From Lingula anatina (lineage: Eukaryota; Animalia; Brachiopoda), in NCBI GenBank assembly GCA_051362555.1, contig CM120642.1, forward strand, positions 18,538,001 through 18,602,000: a stretch of DNA of 64,000 nucleotides, written 5' to 3'. This document shows, piece by piece, positions 13,723 through 26,418 of this stretch (positions within the stretch are counted from its first letter, which is position 1; each line of letters opens with the position of its first letter). The notes beneath the pieces were generated by a model. It did no database searches. It had not been told where the DNA came from and was given only the letters and a program-made list of their open reading frames with translations. Position numbers and translations under genes: made by a program.

Positions 13723-13933
13723 GTGTGTGTGTGTGAGGTAAAGTAATGCAAGAAACGCCATATTGTTTTTCTCTGCAGGATGCAACTGCGACAAAAATGA
13801 CAACGTTTGGCGGTCAGACGAAGGAAACATCACGGAGTCAGGCTATCTGCCGATATCGATGATTAAATTTGGAGACACTGGAGCTGGAGAACAAGGATAT
13901 CATACTGTTGGACCCCTCACGTGCCGCGGGTAA
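1137..13933 (+). CDS. Large mosaic extracellular protein, 5'-partial: FN3 + Caspr/neurexin-IV-type fibrinogen/COLFI-like x3 + F5/8 type C + SUEL lectin + WSC-like insert
   Basis: Frame-consistent GT-AG exons: 1137-1451, 1663-1965, 2170-2298, 4000-4167, 4625-4824, 5087-5188, 5425-5566, 6306-6563, 6931-7118, 7343-7511, 7994-8071, 8743-8910, 9575-9790, 10036-10326, 13223-13438, 13779-13933 (TAA), with AATAAA at 13983. Motifs: WMSGFNGGLTQTF (nephrin-type FN3); three copies of CDM..HH..C.Q...C...W....C.C...C.C..ND..W..D.G...LP....GPL.C; PLGMQS...QWYQIDFG...FPGNWD...FEVYG (discoidin); FYG...FGDPCAGPAKY (SUEL). No C-terminal TM segment. Confidence 0.88.
2344..3405 (-). mobile_element. Non-autonomous PIF/Harbinger DNA transposon with transposase N-terminal remnant, in an intron
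   Basis: TIRs GGGCCGGTTTCACAAAGCAGTAGTTAGTTAG ... CTAACTAACTACTGCTTTGTTAAACCGGCCC. The CTG TSD is at 2341-2343 and 3406-3408. The minus-strand peptide MAATFLAIRTARRQRRLRRFHERQNLLEYTHDDAIYERLRL resembles HARBI1-type nuclease N-termini. Confidence 0.8.
7527..7612. repeat. Compound (GT)n/(GA)n microsatellite
   Basis: Direct reading, just after exon 7343-7511. Confidence 0.9.
8160..8263. mobile_element. Short palindromic MITE-like element (AACGTT-rich)
   Basis: TATAACGTTACCATAACGT ... ACGTTATGGTAACGTTATA inverted arms, with imperfect CCCG/TGGG ends. Confidence 0.45.
10394..13036. mobile_element. Non-autonomous DNA transposon with long TIRs and subterminal repeats (Academ-like / foldback-like)
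   Basis: Termini TAGTCCGGTGGCTTA ... TAAGCCACCGGACTA. The 3-bp TSD ACA is at 10391-10393 and 13037-13039. Inverted similarity runs about 330 bp, and internal ~175-bp repeats carry TCCAAGATGGCCGCC in mirror orientation from each end. The superfamily is inferred from the TAG..CTA ends and the 3-bp TSD. Confidence 0.8.
13671..13735. repeat. (AT)n + (GT)n microsatellite
   Basis: Direct reading. Confidence 0.9.
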
Positions 13934-15879
13934 ACGCCTTGCGGACCACTCGAAGTGATACTGTACATTTCGTTCAGAAAAGAATAAAAGTTGCTGTCTG
14001 TGTTTTCTTGTTTTCCAGCTTAACAATTTGGGCATATAGTTCCCAAAAATAGACAAACGCTCTCATATCTTGAATTTCGTCGAAGGATTGGCAGAAACCG
14101 AGATGGATAATTATCAGCATGAACCAAATCGGTTTCATGCCAAACAATATCTATTGTTGATTTCTTAAACGCTTTTCTGTGAACTTACAGATAAGGTAGT
14201 TCACTGGAAAGAATTTTCCCGTTAAAATCTAAATAGCAATACTTTACCTAAAAGATTAAAAGAGCGTATGCTAATTTGTCGTCTTTTGCCTAACTTGGAC
14301 AGAATGCGGTCAATTCAAGCAAAGTAAATTAATGCTGGATTATGGTGAAAAAAATTGTTCATTCTTAATTTTGGCCCAGTTTTCAAAAAGGTCCAGTCAA
14401 TTATGCTGAAGGTTTTGACCTCAGAGTAATGTAATTAAAAAAGGCTGACTTATATATGACGTTTAACCTAACCTTGGACCTATTTAGGTCCAAGACCTAA
14501 CATTCATGAACATGGGGCGCTTCTTTACAATCTGATTCAGTATGTTTGTACATGTAGGTATCTTTTTCATTTGTCAGAAATTTTGGGTATGGGGAAAATT
14601 GTATGCATCATATATCATTAACTTGTATGTTTATCTTGATTTAAGAACAATATTACCGACAATACTGTTTCCCTTTATACGTACTGTATTACTTACTGGG
14701 TTCAACGGCGCTATCGAGAACAATGCTGTTATTTTCAACATGTATTACTTTTGTAGAGCACAGTGTGAAAATCTACTAAATATATATTATGAAACATGTT
14801 AAGAAAAGAATGTTCTTGTTTTTTTTTTTGTGTGTGTTTATATACAGGGGTATTTCTTTTTAAAACTTTTGAGACTTTTTGTAAACAACAGTATATGGTC
14901 TGGGGCCCAGAGAGTGCAGGTACATAGTCGTTAGGTTATGGTATATATTTGTGGTGCTTCCTCAATTTTTATTGAAAGCAGCTTTCAAAAACCTTCCCCT
15001 TTTTCCCCTTTCACGGTCGCTCAGAAGATAACAAGTTAAAACACTAAAGAGAGTCGTGTTTTTTTTAAAGACAGGTTTATTGGGATTTATTTCGTAAATG
15101 ATGAAATAATGCTGTTCACATGGAAGCTAACCAAATGCGAATATACATAAGCCAATGTGGGAAGATCTACCTACAACTACTTTGACAAAACTTACCATCA
15201 TGCGTGTTACAATGAGATTATAAAATGATAAAATGGAGTCTACATGTAGCCATAGGTAAATGATGATTGCTGCTCTAGAATCACTTGTCAAAACGACACG
15301 GACATGTCGGGATGCATCCCTGCGTCTTACACTTAACATTTTCGGTAATTTTTTATTATCATTTTTTACAAATATATATATGGTTTTATATATGGAAACA
15401 TTACGATATACGATCCACTATCAAAACATAAGTCAAAACCTCGTAGCGCTCGCCAAGTTAGAAAAGTATTCAAATATCACAACACTTCCAGAGGAAGAGT
15501 GCTTACACTGTATTTCTTTATAAAAAGATTGTGTTTCAAAGGCCACTGAAAGGTGACCGTATTCCTCGGGCTCTGTTCATATCTGATACAATCCCTATTC
15601 GTGTATGTCTTAAATTATTGTCGTGATACTTAATTGCCTGACAACTGTTTGAAGAGGGGAACCGATCACTGACTCTTTTAGACTGGTCATTTCTGGTTCC
15701 TTTCACTGTTTAGAGATTTGAACATGTATTCAGTAATGAAGTCAATCCATATTCTGTAAACGAACATGGGGAAAATGATATGATCTGGTTAACAATGGAC
15801 AATGAAATTCATATTCTAGTCTTTGTACGTCGTAAAGCAATGGGAAATATAAGTTCTGAACTGGTCATAATCGCGTCCA

Positions 15880-18800
15880 TCAATAAAAAATTAGTAACAA
15901 AAAGAGACTTGTCGTGGCTAGCGCAATCGCACTTATCGAAGTCATTCTAATTGAGTCGGAGCGAACTTCCTCGGGCTCCTCTGGCTCCTCATGCTCGCCT
16001 GTGTGACCGCCATTACAATCCTCTTCCGAGCAAGCGCAGTAACCAAGGGAAACTTCCATATTGGTGACGCCTGCTGCTTTGAGAGAGTTGACCGGCAGAA
16101 GCTGCTCCACGAGCTTATCTTCTTCATTAAACATGGTGCACTTGGTCTCAGCTCTAACGGAGGCACATTGTCGCTGGACAAGATACATACTCAAATTGTT
16201 GTTGTTCTGCAATTGTAAAACCAGAATACAGTGAGTGGCATGTGCAATGCCATTGGTACATATATAGTTACATGTTTGTAGACCTACATTATGGTGTAGA
16301 TGTTTCTCAATTTGATATAATTCCATTGATTTTTCTATGTTCAGAGAGGTTACGGATATATGCAAACAACAAATATTCCAATTTGGTTCCCAGAGAGACA
16401 CAAAGGACAACTAATGTAAGGGGGTAAAAACGTTAGGCCCATTTAGCAAATATAGGCCGCATTATTTCTGAGCCGGAAGTTCAAAGTTCATTGCAAATGA
16501 CATGTAAAGTCGTCATGGTAAGCCAAAATTCAAATGTTAGATTGTGACAAAATCTTTCCATGTTCACAAACCACAGAATAAGTATTTAAATGCCTGTGGA
16601 ATGTCAAATAACACAAAACAAAATCACTTCCACTTGGACTTACCATGGTCATATTGACCGTTCCTTCAGAGGACATACAAGACCCGCTGCACAGAATGTA
16701 TGGGACGGTGGCTGGGTCGTCACGGCAGCGAATGTCTAACCCGGGGGTCTGTGCCATGGTGTTATCAAAGTTCTGCTGGATCTGGGGGTCGCTTGAGGTG
16801 TACTCCATGTATCTACATGTATGGCAGCGGGTGGGCTCACCTGTGAACCAATGGGTTATAATTCATATTACAGTGCACGGGGATAGTTGATAGAAAAAAG
16901 GAACCGCAGGAGACACATTAATTTTGTCAGTGACTTCAGTCTGATAGAAGGTACAGACAGACACCATTCACGGATCCTCACAAATTTGAGATCATTCTAT
17001 AAGTCTGAAACGGGCAACAAGTGATGAAACCCTTATTTGATTTCGTCTCGTGTATTTTAAGGGTAAAAGTAGATCTGTTGGACTGGGTCCAAATACAATA
17101 AAGATGTTTGCAATGGTGTTTTGTATTGTGTTTTATACACATTTATATTTAAATCTTTTTTATTTTAACGGTCAAATGTGCCTACCGACTGGCAGCCCTT
17201 CGAGTGTGCTAATATCCTGGTTACATTTATCCGTGTTGCAAACACAGTATCGCCCCTGTATCTGGTTGTCAAGTGCCACCCCGGCTCCAACAAACTGCTG
17301 GACATTTTGCACATCGTTATTAGACAGGTCCCTGCAGCCGTCGTCTAGACTAGTCACGGGGTTGCAGGTGCGCATGAACATCTGGAGAACGATTGGCTGT
17401 GAGAAACCCTGCAAAAGAAATACAGTGATTACTCAAAAATCTGTATTCATTTAAGTTCACTGGTACCTTGAATACCAAATATGACTAGAGTTAAACTGAG
17501 GCAGACTAAGAAGTCACCTTATGTGGAATTCCCCACGTTTGTCATCTAAATAAGGATGCATGAGCCCAGGGGAATGGCCTAAAAGGCGTGGGAGGAAGAT
17601 TTGGAGCGTCAACTTCAACCCCCTGACTATGGACCAGTGCATTCATAAAATTGCTAATTGGATGAAGCTATTTGAATTTAATTTTATAAGGCGAAATATG
17701 AACATGTAATGGAAAAAAATGAAAACTGGTGAAATTCTGGTTCTCTTTGTCATAAATGTTAAGGGCATTGGCAGTTGCAAGGTATATAAATTGTGAAAAG
17801 CCCTGCAAAAGAAAACGAATTGCACGAAGTCTCGTTAAAGTTAATATTTGCAGACTTATTATTATAATTATTTTAAGTTTTTTTTTTTGTATAATTGCTT
17901 GTATGTGTATTGTACATAGCAATACACATACATGCAATTGGTGAGTGAATGAATCGAATTCAAATGAAATTTAAACTCATTTGAATTCTAGAAATCGCGA
18001 CATATAGGTAGGTGCATTTTAAAACAGGTGAGGCCCTTTGCGTCTCTCTCTCTCACTCTTCTCTCACCTGCAGAATTGTGCTAGAGGTGACATTGATGTT
18101 CATGCATGATCCGCTGCAAGGGATGACATTGGTGATATCTGTAGGGTTATTGGAGCACCTGCTGTCATAATTGTCACCATACATCTGTTGGAGACTGGTC
18201 ATCACTTGGAAGTTGGTGGTCATCACAGATATACACGAGATGCAATCTACGGCAAGGGCTGAAAAAAAAAACACGTTAATACATTGAACTGATTTATACG
18301 TGAGAAGCCCCTGAAAATTCCAGATAATGATGAAATGTAACAATGAAATAATTTTGGCAACCGTGAGGTGAATTATCCGTCGTGTAATAAAAAGTCAAAC
18401 GTAGATACTTGTACAATGTTACACTGAGATCCGTGAAAACCAAATTAGAATCGATATCATAATGAGGTGATTCGAAGTATATACTAGTACTACTAATTCA
18501 TCAGATGTAGTCTTTGACAAGGATTGTGAAAAAATTAAAAATGCAGTGAACTATATTTTAATTAGGTTACGCCTTGGTAAAAAGTTAATTCAGAATAACT
18601 CTAAATGATTCATTCCTTTTTTATTTACCGGTCAATTAAACTGAAAACGAAATAATTCGCTAGTCATTCGAAACGGGATGAAAATGTTTCCTTCAACCAG
18701 TGGTTATTAGAATCAATTTATTCCACAAAAGTCGTGGGAAACTTTTCCTTTGGGGCTTTTGATTGGTTCACACGGGTTAGTCACTATCTTAAATATCTTG

Positions 18801-19590
18801 TAATTGGTCAACGCCAGATTAGTCAGACTAACAAATAGCAATGAGCCACCCAATCGTCCTCGTCTGAATTATAGTGCTACCAAAGCAAACTGATGATTTT
18901 CACTTTTGTCCATCGGTGTGTCCTTAGCTATCTGTCCATTTGCCCATATATTTATTTTTTTTCACGTATTATCACTTTTCTCACAGAAAGGAGTGGCCCT
19001 GTGTAGAACGATTAGACGCTGCCTGCCTATGGTGACATTCCTTCACTTACGAGATAGATTTGCGCCTGCACGTAAATTCGTATCTAGAATTTGCTGTATA
19101 TCATTTCCCCAAGCATATGAGGGAAAACCCCATTGTTCTTAAACTCTTGGGAACTTATGGACCATCAATTTGGGTATAAGCACATACACACACACAAACT
19201 CCATATACCTATTTTAGGAAGTTGTTGGCTGGCGTCGGTCTCTACATTATCTAAAAATGCTAAGCGTGGCGTTGCATGAGAGTAGCCATCACAAAGGTGA
19301 CAGGTATTGTTAGAAACGCATTAAACTGACGGTCTAATCTGGACCGGACAATTTTAATTGACCACTACGTACTAAATCATCCGCTTGTTAAGACAGACAG
19401 CTTGTAGCTAAAACCACGAGGTTCCACAGTCACACTTAAAGGACTCTCTTGCATTTTCATTTTCTTAGGCCTACTGTGCGACCATAGAACAAAATGACCT
19501 TTGCTTTTACGTTTATTGATGTGCTTATTTTTGCAGGCTGTCTTTCGTATATGAAAGACATAAATGTTTTTAAAGACGAAGCAAAATAAC

Positions 19591-19688
<98 letters not shown>

Positions 19689-21431
19689 ATCAGCTTCAAC
19701 AGAAGCAATATTAACAACTCATTACAACTAGTCGCATTAAGGTCCGCATCCTTTCAAAGATGACCTATCTTTTCGGCGTAAAGAGTGCGTTAATTATATT
19801 GTATATGGGAACACGCGACCCCTAAGATCAGATTAGAAATAAGTTATAATTCCGAGATATTTTCGATTTTTCGGTATTGCAGTTCCCGTGTCTTTAAAAT
19901 ATCTGTGCTAAATTTTTCTTTCGTTACAAATGCTGTCTTTGTCGCTAAGTTTACACACGCAATATTACCTAAAAAATTATTGAAGTATGGATGGACGTAC
20001 ATGTATTATAAATGTTGTGTGCTGTCCTTCATAATTTAAATTCAAACGCGTCTTTTTAATTTATCTAAGCTTTCTGTAATTTAGTGTTTTAAATAAACTT
20101 CAGATAAGAGGTATTCTTCATAAAATGGCTAAGGTTTCGAAGATAACCAAGGGAGTTTAAAAATGTGCTAGATTATATCTTGCGCGTATATCTTGAGAAA
20201 TTCATTAAACTGCACGCTAATCCCCCCTCCCCCTCCCCTCCAAAAAATCACGAATTTACACTTGACAACTATAAAAGAAAATTTTATTTCATAAAAATTA
20301 TGGGTAGAATCAACCACAATCTCTCGCCCATGTTATTCACAGCAGTCCTCCCCTCCACGCCTTATATTAATAGATATCGTACGCCAGCTGCCTTGTACCT
20401 ATAATCTCAAGTCACGAGAGCACGTGACGTCAGAAGATGACCCCCCGCGATTAGCGCTCACTTTCCATTTTCACACCGAGCCAGTCACCCTAATTCTAGA
20501 CTATAATTTGAAAAGTCATTAGATCTGAGATAAAGATGATGTCGAACGCACCTTACAGAGAGGGGTTTGTTTTGATGGGAGATTTCCCACAGTCGTATTT
20601 ATACACTGTGCAGCCGCTGCCCTTTTCCCCCTATAGTTACAATTTTATAATATGAGTACGACCTCACGCCTTTCACGTAAACAATTTTTATCTATGCATT
20701 TTTCTAGGTATATGATATAAGCAATTCTTTTTTGAAACTCTGCGAGACGCTTTCAAATAATTAAAGAAAGATAAAAACAATAAAATTCAGACACGACAGA
20801 TTATTTATCAAAAAGTTAATAAAAGAAAGACATGTGATATTTGCGTTGCATAATTGCAATGAATATGAAAACGCTTCTTTCAGCTGTTACCTTCAGTCTC
20901 TCATAGCGACACGTAAAATTTTAACCCGTTTTAATTCAAATTTCTATTCTATTTCGCCTTTATTTCGTTGAAAACATGTTAAACGTCTTTCTTTTGCATA
21001 CTTCAGGATAAATAAAGACTAAATTGCAGTCATCATTTTTATCACAAACGATTCTCTCTTGCTCACCCAGTCCTTTAGAACAATGCAATGAAAAAAATGT
21101 CTATAATTGCCATTAAAAAGATACCGGTTTTGTTTTGTTTGTCTTTAACATGTAAACAGTTTTAGCAAATTAATACCTTTAGGATTCGTTTATTTTACAA
21201 AGGTATCAAACGTAAAGAGACCAGCAAAAGATTGGTCAAACTGCAACTGAAGAAAAACGCAGAACTCTGTAAGCACAAAAGTGGGTATAAAATACCTCCA
21301 TACATCAAGAGAAAAAGATTAAGTAAAATCCTGAAAATAAAAGCCAGCCTAAAAAGCTGCCATTATACATACAACTTACCTGTGCGCAAGGTAACAGCTA
21401 GAAACGCTAACAATACAGCAATCTTTTCCAT
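15880..21431 (-). CDS. GPI-anchored Ly6/uPAR (three-finger, quiver/sleepless-like) protein with two tandem domains
   Basis: Exons 21431-21380 (MEKIAVLLAFLAVTLRT signal peptide), 18258-18068, 17408-17186, 16840-16644 and 16206-15880 (TGA) splice in frame. There are two CxxC...CSGSC...C...C...YCxCxxxxCN units and a hydrophobic C-terminal GPI-type tail (SISAIALATTSLFLLLIFY). Confidence 0.85.
19593..19686. repeat. (AT)n microsatellite followed by a poly-T run
   Basis: Direct reading. Confidence 0.9.
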
Positions 21432-23219
21432 TGTGCAAATTTTTTCCCGCTTAGAAAGGAGTCCTTGGAGATCGTGTGTAGTAGGCGGCGTCCAGAATGA
21501 AAATGCCTTGTACCTGATAAAGTCGGGCTTATTATCTCAAAAGCCATGGGAACCTGGCTGCGTGGGGTGGCGTGCAAAGAAGCCATCCAAACTTTGACTA
21601 TGAATATATTTAACTGCGGTGACCATACGGCTGATTCAGAAAGAATGCACAATCCATTGACTCAGATTGGAATGAAAATTGAAAGGGTGTATTTTATTGA
21701 TTCATCGTGTCCTCGTTATTAGCAGAGATGAAGAAAGAAAAGTGTGACTCGATTGAAATTAATTAGCGGATGGAATTTCATTAAAACTAATGTTCAGAGG
21801 TTTGACTTAAGACCAAATCTAGATTATACCGTCAGAATAAATAACATATTGACAGTATTTTGGGCACTAATTTCAGTTCGACCAAAAATACATATTTAAC
21901 TGTTAGCAATTTGATTGATTTTAATCAATTTTTAGTCATAATCTTGATTGAATCATACAATATTCGGATGCTTAATATTTGCAATTTTCGGATAGCAGCC
22001 ATTGAGCAATAAATATTTACTTCTTTAAAAAAACAAGGGAAATGTATCATAATTAACATATTTATTATACACAATCATGCTGCAAAGAAAGTTCCCTTGT
22101 CCTTAACACCCAGTTGAGCTAACCTTAATATTACTTTTTACTGAGAGTTATTTCAAAATGTGTACACAAATGAGTTTTGTGCGTTCCTTACTTACGCCTC
22201 ACTAAGAATTAAACTTCATTGGTGTCACATTAAAATCATAAATATATAGAACTTAAGAAGCGCGCGTGTCACCCCTTTTCATCGACGCCCTGGAAATTCA
22301 ATTAAGATAGCGCGATAGCGAAATATAATTTCACTGTAAGTCACTAAAGCACTAATAGCATATTCCATAATTATAGTTTTTAATATATCTTTTTGCGTTC
22401 TTCCATTTTAGCAAGGTCATGCATGTATGGGCCCTAGATTTACAAAGCTTTACTGGTCCATTAACCTGCGTCGAATTCAAAAGGTCTCTTTATAGGGTCA
22501 TATTCTCCGTGAAAGTAATAACAATAATATAATGATAATATTCAACACTTTTGATCTGTAGCACCCCCCCCCCTCCATGCCACCCACCCTACCACTACCC
22601 CTTCAAGTAAAATATCTATGGAGCGTCAAAAATGCAGTCTGTCTTGGCATTTTTTTTTTTTTTTTTGGGGGGGGGGGGGTAAAAATAATGTTAAACCCTA
22701 AAGTGCCTGAAAATAACGAATTGTATGCACTTGAAGCCACGTAACTAACATCGGTACTTGAAGCTTGTGAGAAGAGGATCACGAGCAATAGGCTAGGCCT
22801 TGTTCGAAAGCAATGCAGCAGGTAGTTTTCGCTGTCGACCTCAAATTTCTTATATCGGAGTTATCTTGATAAAAGGAGTTTTTTTCAATGATTGTGCTTT
22901 TTAAGACTTCGTACGACGATTACGCCCAAAAAATTTGCTGTAAAGCTTAATGAAGGACTCTCTGTCAGACAGTCCTTGGTTATGATCACGTTATCTTCAT
23001 CGTTCAACTTCAATGATCCTGCATAAGTTATCTAATCTTAACGGTCTGATTGGTAAATAATTAAATCGATAAAATAAGTAAAGAAACAAAACGTGTTTTT
23101 CAGTGGTCATACTAGAACCCACCAAACTATATTCGGTCCTTGTTACATGTACTCATTCATATGAACCTTGACGTTTTATCAAGGGTCTGACCACATGAAA
23201 GACCCGTTGTGACTACCCA

Positions 23220-23348
23220 ATATGTCCGACAAAAAAGAGCCAAATGTGTCCAACATATCTGGCCTGTCGGACACATCTGGCTCTTTTTTGTCGGACATAT
23301 CTGGCCTGTTCTCTGGTCGTAGGACATATCTGGCCTGTCGGACATATC
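23220..23348. repeat. 36-bp-stem hairpin plus short GACATATCTGGCCTG repeats
   Basis: Arm 23220-23255 pairs with 23265-23300 (2 mismatches, 9-nt loop). Subrepeats continue to about 23348. Confidence 0.7.
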
Positions 23349-23565
23349 GGGTCGTCACACCCGTCGAAAATCTAGATATATGTAAGACTATGAAAAACTC
23401 AAAATGATATGATTCATGCATCATTGACGTCCCGCATGATTAAAAACCTAACTGCTGATTACATGCACGGCGAAAGTGGGTTTGATGCTGAAAATTTAAT
23501 TTTAGTCAGCAGGACAATTCCCCTATCTGAGCAAAATGTAACGTAACATGGCAGTAGACCTTATC

Positions 23566-23611
<46 letters not shown>

Positions 23612-24369
23612 AAAGAAAGACATCTAATGCTGACTTTTCAGAATAATTTTCACATAGGGGAGAGCGGGGTTACACGTGTACTGTAGTAGGCCCAGTTGGA
23701 CACTTTTGTCCTTGTAGAGTAACGTATGCGACATCGACTATTTACACGACTTAAAGCGCATATGAAGGCTTCACCACCGGGTTTATTGAACATTCGTGAA
23801 AAGTTTCAGTAACGACCTCTCACCTAAAATGAGCCGTACCTGTTGCAATTTGCATAACAATAAGTTGCCCATCGCAATGCGAGCTGTCTTCCCGAATGCT
23901 CACTAGACAGTAGGACAGAGTCGGGTGTAGACGCAACAGTATGTGTGGTGCAGTGAGAAGGCTGAACTTTTATAAGGCATGGAAACAAATTCACATTTGT
24001 AAGTATCACTATTTATTCAATAACCGCCCCCATAAAAACCAAAGGCACAGACTAAGGAAAGAATACAAAATTAGTAATGTATTAATGACAAATATTTATG
24101 ACATGAATCCTTTCACTGTATTTCCATTGTTACTTGTTTGTCACTCAGAATGGTAGAATTTATTGGTAACAATGCATTGGGACTCCAAATGTACGGGATG
24201 AACGGGGCTATCATCTGGCTTTTGATGATTAAGTTTGCTTGAAATATTTTAGCTTTGCACTTTTTTTAGCTCTGTTTTTGTGCCCCTTGACAAGTGATTT
24301 TGAATATTTTTGGCCTAAATCAAAATGGCGCACGTGTTTAAATATATTACCACAAAGATCACTGATTAA

Positions 24370-24706
24370 AGGGATAATAACTCTTCGTATGAAATCTGTA
24401 TTTCACAATAAAAACATTGTGAGTGACTCATAAAAATATAATATATTCTGTTTTCCCACAAAAACGGCTGTTATAGCTATTATTCTGATATCTGAGCTTG
24501 TCTTTAGACCACGTGACCTCCATTGATGGCTATACTATGTTAAAATCTCTTAAGAGATTTTAACAAAAAACCAAACTTTTTAGAAAAAAACCAGGGACTA
24601 ACTTTGAATGTAAAAATGGATTCATTAACCATTGGTTAGTATGGGAAAATTGTTGTTTACTCCAGGAAAATTCATTTTTTGGCCAAAACGAAGAGTTATT
24701 ATCACT
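24370..24706 (+). mobile_element. TTAA-flanked MITE (Kolobok-like), copy 1
   Basis: ttaa|AGGGATAATAACTCTTCG ... CGAAGAGTTATTATCACT|ttaa, with an internal 28-bp palindrome TGTTAAAATCTCTTAAGAGATTTTAACA. A near-identical inverted copy is at 27191-27528. Confidence 0.8.
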
Positions 24707-25967
24707 TTAATTAATAAGATGTTGCTTGTCACAGTTCTGAGCTTCTGATCTAAGGATTTTGAGTGCTCATTGTACAGCGATTAACAGATACACATTTTAC
24801 ACAGTCTGTCGTCTCCAGTGAGCCGTATTTTGCTCAATCATTAACGATTCACTATACTAAAACTTGATTGTACAACCATATTTTACATGTGCAATATATT
24901 TGCTATAATTAGAGAATTTGTAATTGACCTCTTTTTTACGCTTCTCTGAAATGTGTCAACGTGTACTACAACACGTGTTATAATTTTTGATATCAAGAGG
25001 AATATATATTAACGGTCGTAGCAGTAGTCTCGCCCACCCTGCAAATGAAACGGGTTGTGATATCAATGTTACTTTTTTAACAAGAGGTCTCAGAAAGTTA
25101 TATACTTAGCTAATTCCAGATCATAGTTTTGGTTTTGCGCTAGTAATAAACGCTCGCGCCATTTCAATTGTAAGTATACCTCTCCCCTGTGATATTACTG
25201 TACATGCATTATTAGATTGTAAAGAGCCTGTCCGTTTAGTTCAAATTTGTAAACATTATTTTATCTTTTCAGGAGCTCAACGAGATTCTGCACAGCATCC
25301 GCCTGAAAGCAACCTACGATGCCCAGCTTTTGTTTCACACACAGGAACCCCACTCTCCTTCGTGCAGCTATTATATGAAAACTCAATAAAACTTTTGTAA
25401 TTTGGCGTTTTATTTTGCATTTTGTTATGAAATTATTATGATAAGGATAGTAGTAATTATAATAAAAATGAGAATTTTTTAGTGTTCGAGAGCTTTCAAA
25501 TTGACGGTTTTTAGTAGTACCTAAATTTTAAATAGTTGTAAAATGACCAATATTTTCTAAATAACCCCTCCAAGCTGTTTTAGCGCACTCAAATAAAATA
25601 TCTAAAATGGTTTCCAACAACCCATATTTTATAGATCAAATTTATATAAATTTACAATCCTGGGTTTTAAAAAATTCAGATTTTTGTTCTATACCATATG
25701 GAACATATTCATTTGGATCAAAATTTTCCTATATATTCTTATATAGGGAGGGTCCCATTCTGACGGCCTAATCTTAGTATGAATATTTATTATGATATTT
25801 GAACGTAATAATGAAAAGGTGGGATGATTCTGATGTAAGCTTAAATCAAGTGAGCCTTTTAAAAATGGATACGTCTGAAATTAGTCAAAATTTAGATTTC
25901 TGAGGGTATAACATAGAACAATTTCTTCAGTTCCTGTTCTCTGAACCAAACTGGAATAATTACAAGA

Positions 25968-26418
25968 TTCGCCCCACCTGTCTCCCCTCTTATGCAATAG
26001 ACTCGCCCCACCTGACACCCCTCTAATGCAATGAACTCGCCTCACCTGTCACCCCTCTAATGCAATGGACTCACCCCACCTGTCACCCCTCTAATGTAAT
26101 GGACTCGCCCCACCTGTCACCCCTCTAATGTAATGGACTCGCCCCACCTGTCACCCCTCTAATGAAATGGACTCGCCCGACCTGACACCCCTCTAATGCA
26201 ATAATGGACTCGCCGGACCTGACACCCCTCTAATGCAATGGACTCGCGCCACCTGTCACCCCCTCTAATGCAATAATGGACTCGCCCCACCTGTCACCCC
26301 TCTAATGCAATGGACTCGCCCCACCTGCTACCCCTCTTATGGAATAGAATCACCCGACATAACACCCCTTTATTTGTAATGGAGTCGCCCCACCTGACAC
26401 CCCTCTAACTGAATGGAC
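25968..26418. repeat. 34-bp minisatellite, about 13 copies
   Basis: Unit ACTCGCCCCACCTGTCACCCCTCTAATGCAATGG repeated head-to-tail without spacers. Confidence 0.92.

Noticed and set aside
25968-26418. 34-bp repeats as a CRISPR array
   Set aside because: The units are contiguous with no unique spacers, there are no cas genes, and the context is eukaryotic. It is a minisatellite.
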